Source: Burkholderiales bacterium (GTDB taxonomy: Bacteria > Pseudomonadota > Gammaproteobacteria > Burkholderiales > Casimicrobiaceae). Taken from it: DNA of 46,866 nt. Below the pieces are notes generated by a model. It saw only the letters and a list, made by a program, of their open reading frames with translations, ran no database searches and had not been told where the DNA came from. The DNA is taken from positions 1 to 46,866 of the forward strand of contig JAICLP010000001.1 in assembly GCA_025925475.1 (NCBI GenBank), written 5' to 3'. Positions 8,972-18,386 of this stretch are shown piece after piece; within the stretch, counting starts at the first letter, position 1, and the number at the start of each line of letters is the position of its first letter. The translations under genes were made by a program, and so were the position numbers.

Positions 8972-10198
8972 TCACCTCAGCGCGTTCTTGAACAGCTTGC
9001 CATCCTTCATGATGACGGCGAGATGCTTGCCTTGGTCCTGCAAAAGACCCAGGTCGGCGATCGGATCGCCATCAACCACGAGCAGGTCGGCACGCGCGCC
9101 TTCCGCGACGATGCCGATTTCCCCGGTCATCTGAAAGAGGTCTGCCGCAACCGACGTTGCAGAGCGGATGACATCGATCGGCTTCTGAATCTCGCCGCGA
9201 ATCAGAAATTCTTCCGATTGCCGGTCGTGCATCGTGCCGAGCAGGTCCGTGCCGTACACGATCTTGACCCCGCGCCGGTAGCACATCTCGAGTGCCCGGG
9301 CGCCATGCTCGAATACCTCGGGCACCTTTTCCAGCACGTGCGGCAACAAACCGTGCTTTTCGCCTTCCTTCGCCATCGTGAAGAGGATCACGAGTGTCGG
9401 GACGAAGAAAGCGCCTTTCTCGACGTACAGCGCAGCAGTTTGCTCGTCGACCATGTTGCCGTGCTCGATCGACCGCACGCCGCACTCGAGCGCCCTTCGG
9501 ATCGCTCGCGCTGTGTACGCGTGCGCCATGCAATAGATGTTCGCGGCCTCCGCTTCCTCGACCGCCGCACGCATTTCCTCGATCGAGAACTGAGTGCTCG
9601 ATATCCGGTCCGTTGGCGATGCTATTCCTCCGGACGCCATCAGTTTGATGTGCGTCGCGCCTTTTCGTATTTCGTCGCGCACGGCCTTCCGCACCTCGGC
9701 GACGCCATCGCAAATGCGGCCGAGACCCGCACAACAGAGGCACTGCTCGAAGTTCTCGCCCGGGCGGCGCATATCGCCATGGCCGCCCGTTTGCGACAGC
9801 GCCTTGCCGCAATAGAGTATGCGTGGACCGTCGATGTATCCTTCCTCCACCGCGGCGGCGATGCCCCAGTCGGCGCCGCCCGCGTCGCGCACCGTCGTGA
9901 AGCCGCGCTGCAGCATGCCTTCCAGCACTCCTCGCATCCGGCTCGCCACGTAGAACGGCGACCACGTTTGCAACTCCAGGAAGCTGTTCGTCGCGCTAAC
10001 CGTGTGGACATGCGCGTCGCACAGGCCGGGCATGATGACCTTGCCGGACACGTCGAGCACTGCCGCAGCCGATGTCTTGATCGTCGACTCGGATATCTCC
10101 TTGATGCGTCCGTCGACGACCAATACATCGTGCTCATGCAGTACGCTGCCCGCATTGACGTCGAGAATGCGGGCGTTGCGAAAGAGAATGGCGCTCAT
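8972..10198 (-). CDS. Amidohydrolase family metal-dependent hydrolase (Xaa-Pro dipeptidase-like)
   Basis: MPGLCDAHVH, GFTTVRDAGGAD, SQTGGHGD, IKLMASGG, AHAY, SIEHGN, YGTD. Confidence 0.9.
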   Translation of the reverse strand: MSAILFRNARILDVNAGSVLHEHDVLVVDGRIKEISESTIKTSAAAVLDVSGKVIMPGLCDAHVHTVSATNSFLELQTWSPFYVASRMRGVLEGMLQRGFTTVRDAGGADWGIAAAVEEGYIDGPRILYCGKALSQTGGHGDMRRPGENFEQCLCCAGLGRICDGVAEVRKAVRDEIRKGATHIKLMASGGIASPTDRISSTQFSIEEMRAAVEEAEAANIYCMAHAYTARAIRRALECGVRSIEHGNMVDEQTAALYVEKGAFFVPTLVILFTMAKEGEKHGLLPHVLEKVPEVFEHGARALEMCYRRGVKIVYGTDLLGTMHDRQSEEFLIRGEIQKPIDVIRSATSVAADLFQMTGEIGIVAEGARADLLVVDGDPIADLGLLQDQGKHLAVIMKDGKLFKNALR

Positions 10199-10202
10199 CC
10201 CG

Positions 10203-10994
10203 TCACAGCGAAGGCAACGGGTCCATTGGACGCCCCAACCACTTCATGTGGAGCTTGTTGAGCTCGCCATTGACCTTGTTGAAGAAGATGAACGAATTGA
10301 GCCATTGCAGCATGCTCGACTCGCCGATCTTCACGGCCATGTGCCCGGGGCTCGGACGAATGACGAATTTCAGGTCGAATTCCTTGTTCGGGTTCTTTTT
10401 CGCGAGCTCCACCGCGACGAAGCTGCTACACGCGAAGAGCTGCGCCTGACCGGAAAGGTACGCGGCAGCGGCAGCGGCGTCGTTCTCCATGCGCATGATG
10501 TCGGCTTTCGGGTTCATCTCCGTCAAGGCCGTCTCCTCGGTGTTGCCCTTGGCCGCTGCAACCTTGTAATCCTTGAGCTCGGCAGCCGAATGAACGGCCA
10601 GATTCTTCGGCCCGAACACCGCAAGCGAGGTACTCGCATACGGAGCGCTGAACCACACCTGCTTCGCGCGTTGCGGCGTGAGGCCCATCAGCGACACGGT
10701 GATGTCGACCTTGTCGGTGAGCAGATACGGAATCCGGTTCGCACCCGTCAGCGGAACCAGCTCGGCCTTTACGCCCAGCGCCTTGGCCAACATGTTGGCG
10801 AGGTCGATGTCGAATCCCTCGGGCTCCCGATTCGCGCTCTGGAACCCGAAAGGTGGAAGATCGGCAGGAATGCCGATACGGATAACGCCCTTCGACAGCA
10901 CGTCCTGGAACTTGTCCGCGTATGCGGTTCCCGCCACGCCGACTGCGAATCCGGCAATCGCCAGTACCTTAACCACTTGTCGCAACATGTTCAC
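10203..10994 (-). CDS. Polar amino-acid ABC transporter substrate-binding protein
   Basis: Signal peptide, DLPPFGF, GFDIDLA, NRIPYLLTDKVD, FSAPY. Confidence 0.9.
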   Translation of the reverse strand: MNMLRQVVKVLAIAGFAVGVAGTAYADKFQDVLSKGVIRIGIPADLPPFGFQSANREPEGFDIDLANMLAKALGVKAELVPLTGANRIPYLLTDKVDITVSLMGLTPQRAKQVWFSAPYASTSLAVFGPKNLAVHSAAELKDYKVAAAKGNTEETALTEMNPKADIMRMENDAAAAAAYLSGQAQLFACSSFVAVELAKKNPNKEFDLKFVIRPSPGHMAVKIGESSMLQWLNSFIFFNKVNGELNKLHMKWLGRPMDPLPSL

Positions 10995-11063
10995 CCTCCT
11001 GTGGACCGTCTGGTTTGAGTTTCCGCTTGGCGCGAAAACGGTGCTACGCCGCTCCTGGCGGCA

Positions 11064-11795
11064 TCAGTTGAGAACCGCGCCGAGGAAGCTCCGGAGCTCC
11101 TCGGTCGTCGGTTTTTCGAAAAGCGTTGCCGCCCTGCCCTGTTCCCATATGGTTCCCTGATGAATGAAAAGCACGCGGTTCGCGACCCGGCGCGCGAAGT
11201 TCATCTCGTGCGTGACGAGCATCATCGTCATTCCGTCCCTGGCCATGTTCTCGAGGACGCGCAACACCTCGCCGACGAGCTCCGGGTCGAGCGCCGAGGT
11301 GATCTCGTCGAACAGCATGAGCATCGGCGACATTGCCAGCGAGCGCGCAATTGCGACCCGCTGCTGCTGTCCTCCGGATAGCTGGTCGGGATACGCGTGC
11401 ATCTTGTCCTCCAACCCCACGCGGCGAAGCGCGTCTCGCGCGAGCGCTGCTGCGTCGGCCTGTGAGACGCGCTTCACGATCGTCGGGCCCAGCGTGATGT
11501 TGCGCAAGACGGTGAGATGGGGAAACAGGTTATAGCTTTGAAACACGAATCCTACGCGCGCGCGCAGCTTGCGAAGGTCGGCGCTCGGATCGTGAACCGG
11601 GATTCCGTCGACGAACAGCTCACCCGCCTGGATCGACTCGAGGCCATTGATGCAACGAAGCAACGTGCTCTTGCCTGAGCCCGAGCGGCCGATGATCGCG
11701 ATGATTTCACCCTTCGAAACCGTGAGATTCACGCTGCGCAGCACTTCGTGCTCGCCGAAGCGCTTGACGACGGACCGCAGGTCAACGAGCGGCAT
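11064..11795 (-). CDS. Amino-acid ABC transporter ATP-binding protein
   Basis: GRSGSGKST, LSGGQQQRVAIAR, FDEITSALDPELVGEVL. Confidence 0.95.
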   Translation of the reverse strand: MPLVDLRSVVKRFGEHEVLRSVNLTVSKGEIIAIIGRSGSGKSTLLRCINGLESIQAGELFVDGIPVHDPSADLRKLRARVGFVFQSYNLFPHLTVLRNITLGPTIVKRVSQADAAALARDALRRVGLEDKMHAYPDQLSGGQQQRVAIARSLAMSPMLMLFDEITSALDPELVGEVLRVLENMARDGMTMMLVTHEMNFARRVANRVLFIHQGTIWEQGRAATLFEKPTTEELRSFLGAVLN

Positions 11796-12432
11796 GGAGT
11801 TTGTGCTCGAGGTAGCGGCTGTAGGTTGTCAGCGGATAGCACAGCGCGAAGTACAGCGCACCGACCATCAGGTAAACCGAAAGCTGAGCAAGCGTCGCGG
11901 CGGCGGTCATTTGACCTTCCCGCGTCAGTTCCACGAAACCGATGACTGCGGCGAGCGACGTATTCTTGATGAGTTGCATTACGAAGCCCACGGTCGGCGG
12001 TATGGCGATCCGCAGCGCCTGCGGAATGATCACGTGTCGCAACTGCTCGACATACGACATCCCGATCGACGCGGACGCTTCCCATTGAGTCCTCGGAATC
12101 GAGAGCAGCGCGCCGAGCCATATTTCGCCGAGGAAGGCACCCGAGTAAACCGAGAAGGCGCATGTCGCTGCGAGCCACGCGGGAACGTCGATGCCGAATA
12201 TGGGAAAGCCGAAAAAGAAGAGAAACAGCCACGCGAGAAGCGGTACGCCCTGCACGAGTCCTATGTAGCCGCGCGAGACGAGCCGTGCGGGACGTTTCGT
12301 CGCTCTGCCCAACGCCGCGACGAGCAAGCCGATTGGCGCGCCACCCAGCAGCGCGAGGAGCGTCAGCAGCACTGTCCAGCGCAGCGCAAACAGCAAATAA
12401 AGCGGGTCGATCCAGCTGAGGTCGCGAATCAC
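11782..12432 (-). CDS. Amino-acid ABC transporter permease
   Basis: HisM/GlnP-like: QGVPLL, QWEASASIGM, IIPQALR, IKNTSL. Confidence 0.9.
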   Translation of the reverse strand: MIRDLSWIDPLYLLFALRWTVLLTLLALLGGAPIGLLVAALGRATKRPARLVSRGYIGLVQGVPLLAWLFLFFFGFPIFGIDVPAWLAATCAFSVYSGAFLGEIWLGALLSIPRTQWEASASIGMSYVEQLRHVIIPQALRIAIPPTVGFVMQLIKNTSLAAVIGFVELTREGQMTAAATLAQLSVYLMVGALYFALCYPLTTYSRYLEHKLHAAR

Positions 12433-13094
12433 GAGCGGCGGAACAGCAACCTATAGGCGAGACCGAGCAGCATCCGCAGCAGCAACGCCAACGCGAGGTA
12501 AGCGACCGCGATCACCAGGTAGACCTCGAAATCGCGATACGTCCGCGACTGAATGATCGAGCCGGCATAGAAGAGCTCGGGAGTGGCGATCTGCGACGCG
12601 ACGCTCGTGGCGAGCATCAGGAGAATGAACTGGCTCGTCAGCGACGGATAGACATTCCTGATTGCAGGTACGAGGACGATATGGCGGAAAATCTGCGCAC
12701 GTGTGAGGCCAAGCGCAACGCCTGCTTCGACTTGCGAGCGTGGAATGCTTTCGATGCCCGCGCGAAGGATTTCGGCGGCGTAGGCGCCGAGATTGAGGGC
12801 GAGGCCTATCGTGGCGACGGGAATCACGTCGAGCTTGATGCCGATGCTCGGGAGTCCGAAAAAGACGACGAAGAGTTGGACGAGAAGCGGCGTGTTGCGG
12901 ATGAGTTCGACGTACCCGCGCGCCACGCGCCTTGCCCACAGCCCCCCATAGACCGACAAGCACGCGACGGCGAGGCCGATGACGAATCCCAGGGCGATCG
13001 TCGTGGCCGTGAGCTGCAGCGTAAGGAGCAAGCCGTCCAGCAGCGCATCCTGCGCGGCAAAGACGTCCCGGAAATGGAACGCGTAGCTCATCAT
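12429..13094 (-). CDS. Amino-acid ABC transporter permease
   Basis: YVELIRNTPLLVQLF, AYAAEILRAGIESI, QVEAGVALGL; ATG at 13094 or 13091. Confidence 0.9.
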   Translation of the reverse strand: MMSYAFHFRDVFAAQDALLDGLLLTLQLTATTIALGFVIGLAVACLSVYGGLWARRVARGYVELIRNTPLLVQLFVVFFGLPSIGIKLDVIPVATIGLALNLGAYAAEILRAGIESIPRSQVEAGVALGLTRAQIFRHIVLVPAIRNVYPSLTSQFILLMLATSVASQIATPELFYAGSIIQSRTYRDFEVYLVIAVAYLALALLLRMLLGLAYRLLFRRS

Positions 13095-13135
13095 CGCGAC
13101 ATCGGGCGTCGGCAGCGTGTCGCCATCGCTGGCGT

Positions 13136-14041
13136 TTACACCACCGGCAACCTCATGCGGCCGAGAGCGTCGATCGTCGCGTCGATCGTTGTCAATACAT
13201 GGTTCCGCTCCTCGTCGGTCAGCGGCAACCGGGGTGGCCGAACCCATTCAGGCGCGCCATAAACCTTGTGCTCGGCGAGCTTGATGTACTGGACGAGCTT
13301 GACGTGCGTATCGAGATGAAAGGCGGGCGTCAACAGGCGATAGAGCGCCCGCGCATCGGCGAATCTCCCCGCCATGCACAGATCGAAGAGGCGCACGCAT
13401 TCGGTTGGCCAGGCGTTCGTCATGCCGGACACCCAGCCGGTCGCTCCGAGCGCCACGCTTTCCAGAATCAGGTCGTCCACACCGCAGGAGACGCTGAAGC
13501 GGCTCCCGACAGCGTTGAAGATGTCGGTGACACGCCGAATGTCGCCGGATTCCTCCTTGATGCACTGGATGGAGGGTACGTCCTCCAGTTCACGCAGGAC
13601 GGCAGGCGTTACGTCAACCTTGTAGGCGAGCGGATTGTTGTAGATCATGATGGGCAGATCGCTCGCCGCGGCGATCGCCTTGTACCACTCGGCCGTTTCC
13701 CGGGCATCGGTCATGTACGCGAGGCTCGGAAACACCATCAACCCCCGCGCGCCGCAAGCCTGGAACAAACGCGCCGACGCGACTGCGTTCTCGGTAGAGA
13801 TCTCCGCGAGTCCCGAGAGCACGGGAACGCGTGCACCGGCCGCCTCGACTGAGGCACGGATCACGCGTTCCCTTTCGTCGGATCGCAATGACGCGTTCTC
13901 TCCCAGCATCGGCAGTACGATCACGCCGGAAACGCCGTGGGTGACGAGTCGGTCGACGCTCGACTGCATCGCGGCGAGGTCCAGCGATCCGTCCCGATGC
14001 ATCTTCGTCGTGACGGCGGGGAATACGCCTGTCCATTCCAT
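13136..14041 (-). CDS. DHDPS/NAL family, probable Delta1-pyrroline-4-hydroxy-2-carboxylate deaminase
   Basis: WTGVFPAVTT, MLGENASL, IYNNP, IKEESGDIRR, GVDDL, HLDTHVKLVQYIKLAE; hydroxyproline gene context. Confidence 0.8.
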   Translation of the reverse strand: MEWTGVFPAVTTKMHRDGSLDLAAMQSSVDRLVTHGVSGVIVLPMLGENASLRSDERERVIRASVEAAGARVPVLSGLAEISTENAVASARLFQACGARGLMVFPSLAYMTDARETAEWYKAIAAASDLPIMIYNNPLAYKVDVTPAVLRELEDVPSIQCIKEESGDIRRVTDIFNAVGSRFSVSCGVDDLILESVALGATGWVSGMTNAWPTECVRLFDLCMAGRFADARALYRLLTPAFHLDTHVKLVQYIKLAEHKVYGAPEWVRPPRLPLTDEERNHVLTTIDATIDALGRMRLPVV

Positions 14042-14080
14042 CGATGTCTCCTCCTATGCCGGCGGTGGGCCGCCTGTATG

Positions 14081-14121
14081 ATTGCATCCAATTATAGGAT
14101 CATGCAGGCCCGACGAGTCAA
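14081..14121 (-). promoter_or_regulatory. Promoter (TTGACT, 19 bp, TATAAT) with operator box copy 3 (ATTGCATCCAAT, 14081-14092)
   Basis: Minus strand TATAAT at 14096-14091 and TTGACT at 14121-14116; the box abuts the -10 element upstream of the deaminase/ABC operon. Confidence 0.55.
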
Positions 14122-14151
14122 CGGGGCGCCCGGCCCCCGAAGCGTACGTTC

Positions 14152-14622
14152 TTAAAGGCAGCACCCGAGCACGCAGCGCAACTCGGGATTCAGCATGTTC
14201 CTGGGGTGCCCGGCGTGCCGGCCGAATCCGAACGCCGCGATGAGGTTGTCCGCCGCAGCGAGCGACGTGTCGTGACGTCCCGCATCGTCGCTCGGCGCAT
14301 CGATCGTATTGGTGACGATGATGCCGGCGCGCGTGCAGGCGTCGAGGTCGAGCCCCGCCGCGGACGAGCCGATCCTGCAAATGGCCTTCAGATGCGGAAG
14401 CGTCGAGATCAGCTCCTCATCGATGTCGATGCCGCACGCGTCGAGAAGCGCGGACTTGCCGGCGAGACCTGCGCGCACTGCTTCCCGGTTCGATGCGTCG
14501 ACTTCGCCGGTCACCTCGACGTCGAAGAAGGGTGCAAGGCGCGCGAGCAATTCCGGAAAGGAAGCCCCGGCCAGCAGGACCCGGTGATGTGCGAGGCCGG
14601 CAAGCGACAGCCGCGTCACCAT
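14152..14622 (-). CDS. D-2-hydroxyacid dehydrogenase (GhrB-like) substrate-binding domain only; NAD-binding domain absent
   Basis: ...LPHLKAICRIG...LDLDACTRAGIIVTNT is joined directly to AAADNLIAAFGFGRHAGHPRNMLNPE; ATG at 14622 overlaps the end of the GMC gene. Confidence 0.7.
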   Translation of the reverse strand: MVTRLSLAGLAHHRVLLAGASFPELLARLAPFFDVEVTGEVDASNREAVRAGLAGKSALLDACGIDIDEELISTLPHLKAICRIGSSAAGLDLDACTRAGIIVTNTIDAPSDDAGRHDTSLAAADNLIAAFGFGRHAGHPRNMLNPELRCVLGCCL

Positions 14623-16253
14623 GAGAGAGACTCGAGCGCCGGCCGTCCGCGAATGCGGTCGGCGATCTTCTCGGCGATCATGATCACCGGCGCATTGATG
14701 TTTCCCGACGTGAGGTCCGGCATCAGCGACGCGTCGACGACCCGCAGGCCCTGCACGCCGCGCACTCTTCCCTCGTCGTCGGTGACCGCGAGTGGATCGT
14801 CCGCCGAGCCCATCCTGCATGTTCCCGCCGGGTGATGCACGGTGATCGCCGTCTTGCGGATGAATGCGTCGAGCGCGTCGTCGCTTTCGACCTCGGCCCC
14901 CGGCAGCGATTCGCGCTCGGCGAACCGCGCGAGCGATGGCTGGCGCACGATTTCGCGCACGCGGCGGATCGTCGTGCGAACGACCTTCCAATCGTGCGGA
15001 TCGCAGAGGAAGTGCTGGTCGATGCGCGGCGCCGCAAGCGGGTCGGCGGACGCGAGCCGCACTTCTCCGCGGCTTCGCGGATGCAGCATCACGGTGCGAC
15101 ACGCGAATCCGTCGGCAAACGGCTTGCGAAAGCCCGGGAACCACGGCCAGGCGGGCAGAGACGCGTTGGTCAGGATCAACTGCATGTCCGGGCATGCGAG
15201 CTGCGCGTCGCTTTTCAGGAATCCGACGACGCCGCCCGGTATGTCGGATGCAAAGCCCCGGCCGAAGGCGTAAGCATTGGCGAGCGACATCGCGATGCGG
15301 TCGGCACGCATGTTCCGAAGAAACGGGCTTTGCTCGCGCCGCCGGTACGTCAGGATCACCGAGACATGATCCTGCAGGTTCCTGCCGACGCCCGGCAGCG
15401 CGGCCTTGACCGCAATGCGATGCTCGGCGAGCCGCGAAGGATCGCCGATGCCCGAAAGCATCAGCAACTGCGGCGAATTGATGACCCCGCCCGCGACGAT
15501 CACTTCGCGCGCCGCGACGGCGCGCTGCGCCGTGCCACCCTGCATGTATTCGACGGCGCGCCCGGTCTTCCCATCGAACACGATCCGCGTCGCGTGCGCA
15601 TTCACGCGCACGTCGACGTTGCCGCCCGCGACCGCCGGACGCAGATAAGCACGCGCAGCACTCATCCGCTTGCCCCCGGCGATCGTCACCTGCAGGCGGC
15701 CGAACCCGTCGGCACCGTTCGCGTTGTAATCGTCCATGATCGGATGGCCGGCTTCGCGCGCCGCCGCCATGAACGCGTCGTTCAGCGGATCGTCGTAACG
15801 GCAGTACTGCACGGACACCGGACCATCGCCGCCGCGCCACGCGTTCGCGCCGCGCCCCCACCGTTCGAGGCGCTTGAAGTATGGCAACACGTCCGCGCTG
15901 CCCCAACCGTGCGAACCGCCCGCGGCCCAACGATCGAAATCCGCCGGATGGCCGCGGACGAATGCCATTGCGTTGGTCGACGAGGAGCCGCCGACTACCT
16001 TGCCGCGCGCGCATTCGACGGCGCGACCGCCGACGCTCGGTTCGGGGCTCGCGAAGTATTGCCAGTCGACCCGTCGTTCGGTGAGGATCTTTCCCCAGCC
16101 GAGCGGAATGTGAATCCAGGGACTGCTGTCCCAGCCGCCGGCCTCGAGCACCAGCACGCGCACGTCGCGATCCTCGCCCAGGCGATACGCAAGCGCGCAA
16201 CCGGCCGAGCCGGCGCCGACGATGACGTAGTCGAATTCGCGTTCGCGAGACAT
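14616..16253 (-). CDS. GMC oxidoreductase, 4-pyridoxate dehydrogenase-like
   Basis: FDYVIVGAGSAG, ARGKVVGGSSSTNAM, VGRNLQDH, HHPAGTCRMG, SGNINAPVIMIAEK; the segment IHIPLGWGKILTERR..W..F..PE..VGGR.VECARGK matches my recollection of the Mesorhizobium 4-pyridoxate dehydrogenase. Confidence 0.85.
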   Translation of the reverse strand: MSREREFDYVIVGAGSAGCALAYRLGEDRDVRVLVLEAGGWDSSPWIHIPLGWGKILTERRVDWQYFASPEPSVGGRAVECARGKVVGGSSSTNAMAFVRGHPADFDRWAAGGSHGWGSADVLPYFKRLERWGRGANAWRGGDGPVSVQYCRYDDPLNDAFMAAAREAGHPIMDDYNANGADGFGRLQVTIAGGKRMSAARAYLRPAVAGGNVDVRVNAHATRIVFDGKTGRAVEYMQGGTAQRAVAAREVIVAGGVINSPQLLMLSGIGDPSRLAEHRIAVKAALPGVGRNLQDHVSVILTYRRREQSPFLRNMRADRIAMSLANAYAFGRGFASDIPGGVVGFLKSDAQLACPDMQLILTNASLPAWPWFPGFRKPFADGFACRTVMLHPRSRGEVRLASADPLAAPRIDQHFLCDPHDWKVVRTTIRRVREIVRQPSLARFAERESLPGAEVESDDALDAFIRKTAITVHHPAGTCRMGSADDPLAVTDDEGRVRGVQGLRVVDASLMPDLTSGNINAPVIMIAEKIADRIRGRPALESLSW

Positions 16254-16338
16254 CAAAGACGCGCGCACGCGCACGGCTGCGCGCTCGACGCAAAGGAACC
16301 GATGCCGCCCGCAGCGGCATCGGTATCGATACGCGCGT

Positions 16339-17367
16339 TCAGCGCTTCAGCGGATTCGCCTTCTCGACGAAGCTCGAATTGAAGCCGCCAGCCGCATTGA
16401 AATCTGCAGGCAGCACGCTCTGGTCCTTCAGCACCTGCGCCGTCGCGTTCCATTGCTTGTCGGAAATCGCGCCGATGCCGTGCTGCTTCGTATAGGGGCT
16501 GAAGAACGTCGACTTGATGTCGGCCTGCAATTGTGCCATCAGCGTGTGCTCCTTGCCCTTGTATTCCGGGTTCGCCTTCACGGTGACGTCGACTGCCTGC
16601 TCCGGATTCTCGACGGCGAACGCAAACGCCTTCATGTAAGCGTTGACGAAGCGCTGCACCAGGTCGGGCTTCTCCGCGATCGTCTTCTCGGACGTGAAGA
16701 CGCCGGAGCCATACGCGTCATAGCCATAATCGGAGCCGAGCAGGATCGACAGCGAGCCCGGCCCGCCGGCATGCGCCTCGAGCTCGGGGACTTCGGCGTC
16801 GATGTAGCCGGGGACGACGTCGACGCGCCCGAGCAGCAGCATGTTCTCGTACGGAGGCGCGACGGTGCTCTGCTTGAAATCGGCCAGGTTGAGGCCGTTC
16901 TTCGCGAAGAACGACTTCAGGAACACGTACGTCGAGCCGCTCGGATGCACGCCGACGTTCATGCCCTTCATGTCCGCGGGCTTCGACATCGGGTGCTTCG
17001 CCTTGATCGAGATCATCGCGAGCGGGCTTTCCTGATTCACTGCGACGAGTGCGACGACCGGCAGCTTCTGCGAGCGACCCACCTGCAACGTCGGCAGGTC
17101 GGCGAAGCCGAAATCGGCATTGCCGTTCGCGACGAGCTTCAGTGCATCGGTCGATCCCGTGCCCTTGCGGATCGCTGTGACATTGATGCCCTGCTCCTTG
17201 AAGTAGCCCTTGTCGCGCGCGACGAAAAACATCGCATGGTCACCGCGCACGAGCCAGTCGAGTTGCACCGACACGTCGTCGGCCGCTCGTGCGACGCCGG
17301 CTCCCGCCATCATCGCCGCGCTCGCGACGAACGCGAGCAGCGCCCTCCTCCATTTGCTCATCATCAT
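16339..17367 (-). CDS. ABC transporter substrate-binding protein, NMT1/THI5/SsuA-like
   Basis: Signal peptide, VQLDWLVRGDHAMFFVARDKGYFKEQGINV, GTGSTDA, ADFGFAD; ATG at 17367-17361. Confidence 0.88.
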   Translation of the reverse strand: MMMSKWRRALLAFVASAAMMAGAGVARAADDVSVQLDWLVRGDHAMFFVARDKGYFKEQGINVTAIRKGTGSTDALKLVANGNADFGFADLPTLQVGRSQKLPVVALVAVNQESPLAMISIKAKHPMSKPADMKGMNVGVHPSGSTYVFLKSFFAKNGLNLADFKQSTVAPPYENMLLLGRVDVVPGYIDAEVPELEAHAGGPGSLSILLGSDYGYDAYGSGVFTSEKTIAEKPDLVQRFVNAYMKAFAFAVENPEQAVDVTVKANPEYKGKEHTLMAQLQADIKSTFFSPYTKQHGIGAISDKQWNATAQVLKDQSVLPADFNAAGGFNSSFVEKANPLKR

Positions 17368-17405
17368 TGGTACCCCTCTCGTTGACAACGATCCGTGTCG
17401 TTCGC

Positions 17406-18386
17406 TCATGCCGCGTGCGGCATCCAGTCGATGTAGCGCCGCTCGATCCACTCGATCGCGTAGTAGAACAGCATTCCCAGCACCGACACCTCGACGAGCG
17501 CCGCGAACACGAGCGAGGTCTGCATCTGCGTCGATGCGAACTGGATCATGTAGCCCAAGCCCGCCTGGGCACCGGCGAACTCGCCGACGATCGCGCCGAT
17601 GACGGCCAGCGTGATCGCCACTTTGAGCCCGGCCATCAGGTACGGCAGCGAATTCGGAATCTGGATGCGCCAGAGAATCTCGTTGCGCGTTGCGCCGACC
17701 GAGCGCATCAGCGCGATCAGATTCGCATCCACTGTCTGCAGGCCGACCAGCATGTTGATTGCCACCGGGAAGAACGCGATGACGACGATCAGCACGACCT
17801 TCGGCGCGAGGTCGAAGCCGAACCAGAGGATGAAAAGCGGCGCGAGCGCGACCTTCGGCACGTTCTGGAACAGTACGACCAGCGGATACAGCGCACGCCC
17901 GAACGTCGCGAAGCGGGCGATGATCAGTGCAACCGCGGCACCGGCGACGCCGGAAAGCAGAAAGCCCGAGACGATTTCCTGCGCGGTGATCCACGCCGCG
18001 TAGCCCAGGTCGCGCTGCCGCGCCACGAGCACGCCAACGATGGCACTCGGCGGCGGCAGCACGAACGCGGGCAGCTTGAAGATGCGGGAGGCCGCTTCCC
18101 ATACGACGACGATGCCGACGAACAACGCGAATGCCGGCATGATGCGCGACATCGCATCGCGCGTTCGCACGCCGGGCGCAGGTCCGGCATCGTTGGCACC
18201 GGAGGCACGCGCCACATGCTCGTCCACCGTAGCTCCAGTAACGTTCCCCCACGCTTGCGGCTCCTTGAACGATGCTCGAGCTTCGCTCTCGCTCGTTCGC
18301 CCTCGGGGCGGCCCGTCGGGCTCACACGCTGCGCTGCCCCCGGTGGGGGCGGAATTCGCACCTTGGGACGGCCCTGCGGTGCTCAT
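17406..18386 (-). CDS. ABC transporter permease (SsuC/TauC-like) with a repeat-derived N-terminal extension
   Basis: FVLPPPSAI, QNVPKVALAPLFILWFG, AVIGAIVGEF..GLG; ATG at 18386 overlaps the ATPase stop (ATGA); a downstream start near 18151 is possible. Confidence 0.85.
   Translation of the reverse strand: MSTAGPSQGANSAPTGGSAACEPDGPPRGRTSESEARASFKEPQAWGNVTGATVDEHVARASGANDAGPAPGVRTRDAMSRIMPAFALFVGIVVVWEAASRIFKLPAFVLPPPSAIVGVLVARQRDLGYAAWITAQEIVSGFLLSGVAGAAVALIIARFATFGRALYPLVVLFQNVPKVALAPLFILWFGFDLAPKVVLIVVIAFFPVAINMLVGLQTVDANLIALMRSVGATRNEILWRIQIPNSLPYLMAGLKVAITLAVIGAIVGEFAGAQAGLGYMIQFASTQMQTSLVFAALVEVSVLGMLFYYAIEWIERRYIDWMPHAA
18245..18386. repeat. GC-rich palindromic repeat element, copy A (with an internal insertion of about 60 bp)
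   Basis: TCCCCCACGCTTGCGGCTCC...CGCTGCCCCCGGTGGGGGCGGAATTCGCACCTTGGGACGGCCCTGCGGTGCTCAT aligns with copy B at 20201-20283. Confidence 0.8.

Noticed and set aside
14123-14137. GGGGC-N5-GCCCC hairpin as a terminator
   Set aside because: Short stem and no convincing U-tract.
14152-16320. 722-aa ORF that looks like a fusion
   Set aside because: Only the last 156 aa are protein-like; the rest is an alternative frame over the GMC gene.
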